This document shows positions 1-8,081 of a stretch of DNA of 64,000 nt, in pieces. The notes under the pieces are model-generated. The model searched no databases, was not told the origin of the DNA, and was given only the letters and a program-made list of their open reading frames with translations. A program made the position numbers and the translations under genes. Source of the stretch: Phycisphaerae bacterium. Lineage in GTDB: Bacteria; Planctomycetota; Phycisphaerae; UBA1845. The DNA lies in assembly GCA_029260015.1 (NCBI GenBank), contig JAJDEB010000036.1, positions 1,226,554 to 1,290,553 of the forward strand. The letters run 5' to 3'. The first letter of the stretch is position 1, and every line of letters starts with the position of its first letter.

Positions 1-780
1 GACGTTGACGCTGCGTATGGCATGATGCTGTGGGTCAAGTCGATGCTGCGCCCTGCACCGTTCGTTTCGCCCTATGCGAATACGCTCAATCGACACTTTC
101 GCGTTGCCTGGCTGCCTCACGGTACGCAAGTGCAACGCTGGGGCGGGTGGGCTGTGGATGATGATGTTAAGCGACATGACATTGATGCAAAGTTTGACAA
201 AGGAGCGTTGGCTGCTTGGATCGACCTGACCACCGCGCCAATTCATGAAGTCAAAGTCACCGTCAATAATAACAAAGACATTGCAAATCGTTTGGCACCG
301 CTGCCAGTGATGATGGATCAACTCATCGCCAAGCGACATTTTTATCGATCGCCAGAATTCGGTGCAGATCGAAGTCGCATCAAAGACATCCGTTGGCACT
401 TCGACAATCTCAAGACGAACGTCGTCACCGGTGACGAGGACTTCGACGATCCGATTCATCGGTCGGCGAAGGCAGCGAGTGCCGCATTGATTCGCGTCGA
501 ATTGCCTGAGAGTCACACCGCGCCGCTGTGCGATTCGATTTGGAAGACCGACTGGGCAGCGCTCTTGATGGAGCAGATTTTCGGGCTGATGATGGGGATG
601 CTCGTCATCAATCGCGACGCCGCAACGATGACGTTTGATTGGCCCACATCGCTGAAGCACTTGCGCTCGAACGCTGTCATGCGAAAAATCAACGAACCGG
701 ACGTCGATCTGCCCTTACCGAAGGCGGCTGGCAGCAAGATCAAGATTCCGTCTGCCCACGCGATCATCGCCTCAGGCTAA
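1..780 (+). CDS. hypothetical protein, C-terminal part (frame open to window start)
   Basis: The frame of ORF 22..780 has no stop back to nt 1. Composition is balanced and non-repetitive. No family recognised by eye. Stop TAA 778-780 overlaps the stop of the convergent uvrA-like gene. Confidence 0.45.
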   Translation, partial: DVDAAYGMMLWVKSMLRPAPFVSPYANTLNRHFRVAWLPHGTQVQRWGGWAVDDDVKRHDIDAKFDKGALAAWIDLTTAPIHEVKVTVNNNKDIANRLAPLPVMMDQLIAKRHFYRSPEFGADRSRIKDIRWHFDNLKTNVVTGDEDFDDPIHRSAKAASAALIRVELPESHTAPLCDSIWKTDWAALLMEQIFGLMMGMLVINRDAATMTFDWPTSLKHLRSNAVMRKINEPDVDLPLPKAAGSKIKIPSAHAIIASG

Positions 781-2717
781 CGGCGGCTGGCGACTTTCTT
801 TGGCCGCTTCGTTGTTGCGGTTTTCGTTGCCCGTTTCTTGGCCGCAGCAACCTTTGGCGGCTGACCGACTGGACGGCGGTTCTTCGGCACTGCGATCTCT
901 TCCTTACCGCTTAGGAATTGACCGGTCACCGAGTCGGGATTCTTGATCACATCAGCAACCGAACCGCAAGCCACCACCTCGCCACCCCGCACACCCGGGC
1001 CAGGGCCGAAATCAACCAACACGTCGGCTGCCCGCATCGTTTCCTCATCGTGTTCGACAACGATAACGGTGTTACCGGCATCGCGAAGTCGCTCCAATGA
1101 CGCCAGCAATCGGGCGTTGTCTTTGGCGTGCAAGCCAATGCTCGGTTCATCAAGGATATACAGCACACCGACCAACCCCGCCCCAATCTGCGAAGCCAAT
1201 CGAATCCGCTGCGACTCCCCGCCCGAAAGCGTCGGCGCGGTGCGGTCCAATGTCAGATAGTGCAAACCGACATCCACCAGAAAACCGAGTCGATGGTTGA
1301 TTTCTTTAAGCACGTCTTCGGCAATGAACTGCTCCAATTCACTGAGCTTGAGTTTTGCAAAAAAGTCGGCAGCTTCTCCGATGGTCATGCCTGAAACGTC
1401 GGGCAGCGTCAGTCCACCGATCTGTACCGACCGCGCCTGGCGATTCAACCTCGCGCCTTCACACTGATCGCATGCTTTGCGGCGCATGTATTTTTCGTAA
1501 TACGCCCGCACCATCGATGACTTGGCTTTTCGATACTTGCTGCGAAGATCGGCGATCACGCCTTCAAACTCACCGCCATGCTTCCAGACGCCACCGCGCG
1601 TTTTCCATGTATAGGTCACATGCAAATCGCCTGTGCCAAAGAGCAACGCGTCGCGCGCTTTCTTGGGCAGGTCCTTCCAGGGCTTGTTGAGATCGAAGCC
1701 AACAGATTCGGCGACGCCGCGAAAAATGTGACGTCGCCAGCGACCGATCCGCGTCCGCATGGGTTCGACTGCCAGCTTCAGGAACGACTTCTTTGGATCG
1801 GGTACGAGCAATTCCGGATCGAAATCAAATCGCTCTCCCAACCCATCGCATGCCGGACACATCCCCGACGGCGAATTAAAGCTGAACATTTGCGGCGTGG
1901 GCGGTTCAAAGCTGCGGTCGCATTTCGTACACGCATACTTCGCCGACAGCACGATGTCTTCCGATACGCTTTTTTCAGATTCCGATTTGCCGGAGGTGCT
2001 CTCCGCCTGAACGACGATCGCGCCATCGCCCAACCCCAACCCCTGTTCAACCGCATCATGGAGTCGCGTTCGCCCGGATGGGGTCAATTTGAGTCGATCA
2101 ATGACCACTTCGATGGAGTGGCGAATGTTGCGATCCAGCTTCGGGTCGTCAGCAAGGCGAACCATTTTTCCGTCAACCCGCGCTCGGGCATACCCCCGCT
2201 TCAACATATCTGAGAACAGATCGCGGAACTCACCTTTCTGCCCACGAATCACCGGGGCAAGGATCGTCACACTTTGCCCGCTGCCGATGGTTTGAATGCG
2301 GGCCACGATTTGCTCGCGCGTCTGCGCTGTAATCGGTTTGCCGCAGGTCGGGCAGTGCTGACGTCCCAACCTTGCAAACAAAACCCGCAGGAAGTCGTGG
2401 ATCTGCGTCACGGTTCCCACCGTGCTGCGCGGATTCCAGCCACTGGATTGTTGCTGGATCGAAATCGTTGGACTCAGCCCACTGATCAGATCGACATCAG
2501 GCTTGGGAAGCTGCCCCAGGAACTGGCGGGCATAAGCACTGAGCGATTCGATGTAGCGACGCTGTCCTTCGGCGAAGAGCGTATCGAACGCGAGGCTGCT
2601 CTTGCCGCTGCCCGACACACCGGTAAAGCAGATCAGTTTGTTCTGCGGCAGGGTCAGCGACACACCGCGAAGGTTGTGTTCGCGAGCTCCCTTAACCGTG
2701 ATCGATTTGGTTTCCAT
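777..2717 (-). CDS. uvrA: UvrA-family ABC ATPase, N-terminal half only (NBD-I with Zn, UvrB-binding and insertion modules) plus Lys/Arg-rich tail
   Basis: Start is METKSITVKGAREHNL at ATG 2717. Motifs: Walker A GVSGSGKSS, Zn cysteines CPTCGKPI and CTKCDRSF..CPACDGLG, signature LSGGESQRIRLA, Walker B LYILDEPSIGLH, VVEHDEE. The protein ends TGQFLSGKEEIAVPKNRRP followed by PKVAAAKKRATKTATTKRPKKVASRR. There is no second ABC module. Confidence 0.8.
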   Translation of the reverse strand: METKSITVKGAREHNLRGVSLTLPQNKLICFTGVSGSGKSSLAFDTLFAEGQRRYIESLSAYARQFLGQLPKPDVDLISGLSPTISIQQQSSGWNPRSTVGTVTQIHDFLRVLFARLGRQHCPTCGKPITAQTREQIVARIQTIGSGQSVTILAPVIRGQKGEFRDLFSDMLKRGYARARVDGKMVRLADDPKLDRNIRHSIEVVIDRLKLTPSGRTRLHDAVEQGLGLGDGAIVVQAESTSGKSESEKSVSEDIVLSAKYACTKCDRSFEPPTPQMFSFNSPSGMCPACDGLGERFDFDPELLVPDPKKSFLKLAVEPMRTRIGRWRRHIFRGVAESVGFDLNKPWKDLPKKARDALLFGTGDLHVTYTWKTRGGVWKHGGEFEGVIADLRSKYRKAKSSMVRAYYEKYMRRKACDQCEGARLNRQARSVQIGGLTLPDVSGMTIGEAADFFAKLKLSELEQFIAEDVLKEINHRLGFLVDVGLHYLTLDRTAPTLSGGESQRIRLASQIGAGLVGVLYILDEPSIGLHAKDNARLLASLERLRDAGNTVIVVEHDEETMRAADVLVDFGPGPGVRGGEVVACGSVADVIKNPDSVTGQFLSGKEEIAVPKNRRPVGQPPKVAAAKKRATKTATTKRPKKVASRR

Positions 2718-2784
2718 GAATTGATCGAACGAATCACCAACCCGAATAGCTGGTGCAAATGGGAAGCAACTTAACAACAATACG

Positions 2785-3465
2785 TTATGAATCTTTTCCG
2801 TCTGGTTGCTGCTTTGCGATGTCAACCAATGGCCTGCCCTGGTATGTTTTTTGTTTCCAGTCGCGGGCGGTATTGTCGAAACCGACCCACCAAATGCGCC
2901 AGTATCCGTTTTCGCGTACGAGGTTAAATTTGGCAATGACGTTGCCTTGCGTTCGCTGCTCGGGGTCGGGATGGTCCAAATTCATCAACACATACGACGT
3001 AGCCTCGCCATCGCTTTTGCCGACGATTGAAAACATCCGAGCCGTCAGGGCTTGGTAGTCTTCGCGAAACGTTTCCCGATAGTGACCGACGACCGGTGCA
3101 AAGCGGCGGGCGGCCATGAAAAAGCTATCGAGAATCTGCTGCTCGTTTTGAGACTTGCGTGAAACTTCCCTTTTGACTTTTTCCGTCGCGAGCGTGCCAA
3201 GTTGCACGTCAAAGGCTTCTTCGCGTTTGGTTTGATCGTCACCGGCATCGTAATCGTCGAGGACGGCTTTTGCGAAAACGTAAACGACATCGACAGGAGT
3301 GGCGGCTTGGTTGAGTTCACGACCATATGCGGTAATGGTTTGAACTTCTTTGGCGCGCACTTCATGATCGGCGAGTCTGGCGTTTTCATTGCAACCGGAA
3401 AGCGGCAGGATGCTGCCGGCGATCATCATTGCGAACAGTATGTGTTTGTCTTTAAGTTGATTCAT
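2785..3465 (-). CDS. hypothetical lipoprotein
   Basis: Signal peptide with lipobox (MMIAGSILPLSG-C). Co-oriented with the uvrA-like gene and 67 nt upstream of it. Confidence 0.6.
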   Translation of the reverse strand: MNQLKDKHILFAMMIAGSILPLSGCNENARLADHEVRAKEVQTITAYGRELNQAATPVDVVYVFAKAVLDDYDAGDDQTKREEAFDVQLGTLATEKVKREVSRKSQNEQQILDSFFMAARRFAPVVGHYRETFREDYQALTARMFSIVGKSDGEATSYVLMNLDHPDPEQRTQGNVIAKFNLVRENGYWRIWWVGFDNTARDWKQKTYQGRPLVDIAKQQPDGKDS

Positions 3466-3689
3466 TTAATTCATCTCTATGGGCAAAATGAAGTGTAGCC
3501 TCAACCGTCCCGAATGCAACGATCCAACGGACAGCATCAGCGCGTAGGCAAGTTCCGACATCTGGGTAAATCTGTCGGACGCTGAAAATGCCATTCACGT
3601 TGTCGCCTCCATTCGATCCAGATACACTTTAGGTACACTTGATCGGGTATTCCCTGGCAGTTAAAAGCTTAGCGGCGAACGGGACTTTG

Positions 3690-4214
3690 ATGGCCGAGTT
3701 CAATCAAAACATTTGGGCGCCATGGCGCATGGAGTACATCCGGTCCCTTAATGACGACCTTGGCGAGAACGCCGGTTGCTTTTTCTGCGCATATTTTGAA
3801 GACCCAAGCCGCGATCGCGACCATCACGTTTTGTGGCGAACCGAAAGCGCCTTTGTCATGTTGAATCGGTTTCCATACACCAACGGTCATTTGCTCATCG
3901 CGCCGAAACGCCACAGCGGTGAACCTTCGGATTTTCCGGCTGATGAACAGAACGGTCTCACGAAACTGACATACGACGCGGCAAAAGTGGTACGGACCGC
4001 ATTCGATGCCGACGGTTTCAATATTGGGTGCAACCTCGGGCGCTGCGCCGGTGCTGGCGTGCCCGATCATCTGCATTATCACATTGTCCCAAGGTGGAAC
4101 GGCGACACCAACTTCATGGCCGTTTTGGGTGGAACCCGGGTGATACCCGACGGGCTTGATTCGGCGTACGATCGACTCATCGAAGCAGCCGCCCAACTGG
4201 GATTTGTCAACTAG
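3690..4214 (+). CDS. HIT-family nucleotide hydrolase/transferase (Ap4A-phosphorylase-like branch)
   Basis: Motifs WAPWRMEYI, GCFFCAY, NRFPYTNGHLLIAP and histidine triad HLHYHIVPRW. ATG 3690 preferred over TTG 3639. Confidence 0.8.
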   Translation: MAEFNQNIWAPWRMEYIRSLNDDLGENAGCFFCAYFEDPSRDRDHHVLWRTESAFVMLNRFPYTNGHLLIAPKRHSGEPSDFPADEQNGLTKLTYDAAKVVRTAFDADGFNIGCNLGRCAGAGVPDHLHYHIVPRWNGDTNFMAVLGGTRVIPDGLDSAYDRLIEAAAQLGFVN

Positions 4215-4251
4215 TAGCACTGCGACTTGAACAGGTCGCCCAACTCGCGAG

Positions 4252-5406
4252 GTGCCAGTGTCCATTCACGCACTCAAGTCATATGCCTGCCATTCTGATC
4301 AAAGCAATGGCCGCCAATTCGACGAATCGCTTGACCCTTTTAATAACGCGTTTGAACTGGACCGCAAGCGCGTGGCTGGTTGTGCTGCGTTTCGGAGACT
4401 CGAATACAAAACGCAGGCTTTCGTAACATTGGAAGATGATCACTTCCGCACGCGTTTGACGCACACTTTGGAAGTCGCGGGCATCGCGCGGGTGTTGGCA
4501 AAAGCGCTCGGCGTCAATGAGACGTTGGCCGAAACAATTTCACTGGCGCACGATCTTGGGCATCCGCCGTTTGGTCATGCTGGTGAAGTGGCCCTTCGCG
4601 AATTGATGGCCGAGAACGGCGGCTTTGAACACAATACGCACGCGCTGCGGGTCGTTGATTATCTTGAACACCCGTTTCCCCAACATCGCGGATTGAATCT
4701 CACCTTTGAAACCCGCGAAGGTTTGATCAAACACAGCACCAAGTACGATCGTCCGGAGGGCGCCAGCAAAGATCCGAGCCTCTGGGACTTGTTTGAATGC
4801 GGTAACCTCCCATCAATGGAGGGCCAGGTCGCATGCGTCGCTGATCGCCTTGCCTACGACGGTCACGACCTTGAAGACGCCATCGCAGCCAATCTGGTCA
4901 ACGAAGATGACTTGGCCAGCGTTGACATCTGGGCGGAGGCGATGGAACCGATTCGCGAGCAATACCCCGATCATGTGCTTGCAGCGATACGCCGACCTGT
5001 GCTTGACCGTCTTGGGAATTTATTGATCGCAGACGTCGTCGAAGAAACCGGAAAGCGCATCGCGGCGAACGACCCCAAGCTTGTTGACGACCTTCGCTTG
5101 ATGAAAGACGGGGTGGTCGCCCTATCAGATTCGCGCAACAAGCAGCTTAACGAATTGGAATTGTTTCTTGTCGAACACGTGTACCACCATCACCGTTTGG
5201 TCCGGATGGACGCCAAGGCGCGGCGATTCATCGAGCGTTTGTTCCATGCATATGTCGAGAATTCGGCGATGCTGCCACCACGGTTTACGCAGCGGATCGA
5301 CGAGCAAGGGGTGCATCGGGTGGTGTGCGACTATATCGCGGGTATGACCGACCGATTCTGCCAGGACGATTACCTTCGGATGTTTGAACCGTTTGAACGC
5401 GTTTAG
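4252..5406 (+). CDS. dgt: dGTP triphosphohydrolase-like HD-domain protein
   Basis: FRTRLTHTLEV, HD motif AHDLGHPPFGHAGE, C-terminal DYIAGMTDRF. GTG start. Confidence 0.8.
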   Translation: MPVSIHALKSYACHSDQSNGRQFDESLDPFNNAFELDRKRVAGCAAFRRLEYKTQAFVTLEDDHFRTRLTHTLEVAGIARVLAKALGVNETLAETISLAHDLGHPPFGHAGEVALRELMAENGGFEHNTHALRVVDYLEHPFPQHRGLNLTFETREGLIKHSTKYDRPEGASKDPSLWDLFECGNLPSMEGQVACVADRLAYDGHDLEDAIAANLVNEDDLASVDIWAEAMEPIREQYPDHVLAAIRRPVLDRLGNLLIADVVEETGKRIAANDPKLVDDLRLMKDGVVALSDSRNKQLNELELFLVEHVYHHHRLVRMDAKARRFIERLFHAYVENSAMLPPRFTQRIDEQGVHRVVCDYIAGMTDRFCQDDYLRMFEPFERV

Positions 5407-5435
5407 GGCATTCACACGCGACTCAGTACAATACG

Positions 5436-7889
5436 CTAGTGATCGGTGTCGATGTAGGGTTTCTGACTCTTAAACAACTCCAAACGGGATTCGTAATTCG
5501 TGAGTTCTTCGCTTAGTCGCGGATCGGTCTTGGCGATGTCGATGGCTTCCTGAACGGTGTTGGCTGCGTCTTCGAACCGACCGGCTGACGCATAGGCGCA
5601 GGCAAGGGTATCGAGGCAACTCGCCAGTTTCCTTTCGGTTCGTTCGCATACGAACTCTCCCCACTTGACGGCTTTCTCCGGATCGCGGAGTGATTCATCG
5701 CTGATCGTCCCCCGAAACCAACTGACCGTGTTTGCGAGTCGTACGGATTCCGGAAGATACTCCAAGCCTTCCTCTGCCGCAGCGAGCGCCTCTTTGCCGT
5801 TCCCCTGACTCAATAGAAATTCGACATGGGCCACCTGGGCTTTCTCCAAACGAGGCGCCAGTTCGACAGCGCGCTTGAAGCTCAGATCGGCTTGCTCTGT
5901 ATACTTGTTGTTGTTGAAAACTCGCCCTGCAACCAAGAACGTATTGGGCGCATTGGGACTGAATTTGACCAATTCCTGAATCGCTCTGAGTGCTTCATCA
6001 GATCGACCGAGCATGTCCAATATCTCAACACGCATCAATTTGTAGACAGCAAATTCCGGCCGTTCGGAAAGAATCTTGTCGCAAAATGCCAGTGCTTCGT
6101 CGCCGCGGCCTTCATCGATCAATGCCGACGCAAGCGACATGAAGGAATCAACATAACCCGGATCGGATGCGATGGCCTGCCCGAAGTGCGTGACCGCAAG
6201 ATCCATTTTTTCTTCACGCAAATCAACCTCACCCAGCCCAGCGAACAACGGTCCGTAAGTGGTTATTGGATAATTGCCGACGTTGGCGGCAAGGATCGCT
6301 TTCTCAAAGAATTCCCTCGCCTTCTCATAATCTTCCTGCATGAACCAAATGTTGGCGATCATTTGTGCGGTTTGAGGACGTCCAGGATTCAATTCCCGAT
6401 CACGCGTAAACGATGCCTTGGCATCATCAAGTCGATTCATCGCCAGCAACACTTCACCCTTTACACGATGGGCATAGTCGACGCGATCATTGGCTTCGAC
6501 TGCCTTCTCAGCAGCCGCCAATGCTTCGTCGAGGTTGCCCAGCTTTATGTAACATCGAGCGATAGTTTCATGAACGTCAGCCGAGTTGGGATCCTGTCCC
6601 CGCGCTCGAATTGCCAACTTCAGCGCTTCTTCATACTTGCCTTGAATCAACTCAAATCGGGACAATCCAAGAATCAGGACAGGATTGTCGGAATGGTCTG
6701 AGAGCAAAATCTCGCTAAGTTTTTGCGCGCTGGGCAGATCGCGCGCCTGGGCGAGTGCGGCTAACTCCAGCAGCGCCGTTTCGGTCGCCCCAAGGCATCG
6801 CCAGCGTTCAACCGCCAACGGATCACGCAGCAACATCCCCGGGCGAATGGGCAGCGTCGACGCCTTGCGCATCGCTTGTTTCGCCTCTACGGATTCCCCC
6901 TTCCCCTCGTGGTAGCGCGACGTCAATGCAAAAGCCCATCCCATCGTCGGATCAAGTTCAATGGCTTTATCGAGATCGAGCTTTGCAGTTTCGAGTTCGC
7001 CCTGAATCAGAAGCGCCGCTCCGCGACCGCAATAACCAAAAGCATCTTCCGGTCGCAGTCCGATGAACTTGTCGAAGAATTCCTTCGCCTCTTTGCCGTT
7101 TTCCTGGCTCAGACACAGATTGCCAAGCCATCCATAACCCATTGCATAATCCGGGTTAAGTTCAACAGTGCGCTCCAACTCAAGACGACCCCGCACAGCC
7201 GAATCGCGTTTGAGAAACAGCCGCGCGAGCATGTATGGCCACCTGTGATCATCTGGAGCCAATTCCTTTGCCTTGGAGTAACAATTCACCGCCCGATCCG
7301 AGTCTTCACGACTGGTTGAAATCGCCAGATACATCGAACCGAGTCGCCCGATGTCTTCTGCACTACCGCCATCACAAGCTTTGATCGCCTGATCGTGAAT
7401 CAGGGCGGCGAGGTCGGGCTTGAGATCGCTCAGATTTGGCGGCGCAGGAATGCCTGCTTTGCGACACTTTTCGACCAGGGCATCATGGTCGTACTCGAAT
7501 CGCTGGTTGTCGGATGTGGAATTCGTTTTCTTATTCGCGCTGGAAGACTTCGCGATCGGTTCGTCTTTCTTTGGCGCGGGCTTTCTAGGATCGGGCGTCT
7601 TTCGTGATTCTGGTTTTTTTTCTGGCGCAACCGGCGAGTCATTCTTGGGAAGTGTTGGCGCGGGTGTGGGTGCGCTTGTCGATGAGCCACCGACATCGCC
7701 AGTGGTGTTCGTTACGTTGCCATCCGATGACTCGCTCGTATCGGACTTCTTACAACCCGACCACGTCAAACCACCCATCGCCAACGCTGCGACGATGACA
7801 AGTGCGCGCATGAAGCCGAACCCACGACTCAATTCAAGTGAACGTTTTGACAATGCAGCCGCAAACACCCGCGACAAAATATTTTTCAT
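5436..7889 (-). CDS. TPR-repeat lipoprotein
   Basis: Signal and lipobox (GLTWSG-C), a Pro/Lys/Ser-rich linker, then more than 10 TPR-like repeats. ATG 7889 has AAGGAAG about 9 nt upstream. Confidence 0.7.
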   Translation of the reverse strand: MKNILSRVFAAALSKRSLELSRGFGFMRALVIVAALAMGGLTWSGCKKSDTSESSDGNVTNTTGDVGGSSTSAPTPAPTLPKNDSPVAPEKKPESRKTPDPRKPAPKKDEPIAKSSSANKKTNSTSDNQRFEYDHDALVEKCRKAGIPAPPNLSDLKPDLAALIHDQAIKACDGGSAEDIGRLGSMYLAISTSREDSDRAVNCYSKAKELAPDDHRWPYMLARLFLKRDSAVRGRLELERTVELNPDYAMGYGWLGNLCLSQENGKEAKEFFDKFIGLRPEDAFGYCGRGAALLIQGELETAKLDLDKAIELDPTMGWAFALTSRYHEGKGESVEAKQAMRKASTLPIRPGMLLRDPLAVERWRCLGATETALLELAALAQARDLPSAQKLSEILLSDHSDNPVLILGLSRFELIQGKYEEALKLAIRARGQDPNSADVHETIARCYIKLGNLDEALAAAEKAVEANDRVDYAHRVKGEVLLAMNRLDDAKASFTRDRELNPGRPQTAQMIANIWFMQEDYEKAREFFEKAILAANVGNYPITTYGPLFAGLGEVDLREEKMDLAVTHFGQAIASDPGYVDSFMSLASALIDEGRGDEALAFCDKILSERPEFAVYKLMRVEILDMLGRSDEALRAIQELVKFSPNAPNTFLVAGRVFNNNKYTEQADLSFKRAVELAPRLEKAQVAHVEFLLSQGNGKEALAAAEEGLEYLPESVRLANTVSWFRGTISDESLRDPEKAVKWGEFVCERTERKLASCLDTLACAYASAGRFEDAANTVQEAIDIAKTDPRLSEELTNYESRLELFKSQKPYIDTDH

Positions 7890-7989
7890 AACGACTCTTC
7901 CTTTGAATTGAGGGGAAGGCAGATTCACCGTATTCGGACATTCAGATCTCATCATAATTGAGCGTGTCACCGAGAGCATAACCAACGCC

Positions 7990-8080
7990 CCAGACCCAGT
8001 CTAGTCAACCGGCCAAGTCGCCCAGTCTGGTCTACGAGTGAGGTTGCTTATGGTTCGCCAGACTAACTTTCCAGACTAAC
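7990..8080. repeat. cluster of CCAGTCT/CCAGACT heptamers
   Basis: CCAGTCT at 7996 and 8022. CCAGACTAAC at 8058 and 8071 (tandem, 3-nt spacer). The two types are mutually complementary (AGTCTGG/CCAGACT). Confidence 0.6.
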
Positions 8081-8081
8081 G

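Noticed and set aside
3690-5406. HIT protein plus dGTPase as a nucleotide-depletion anti-phage module.
   Set aside because: Both look like the widespread housekeeping forms (175-aa HIT, 384-aa Dgt-like). They sit among core genes at normal GC, with no mobile-element or defence-island context.
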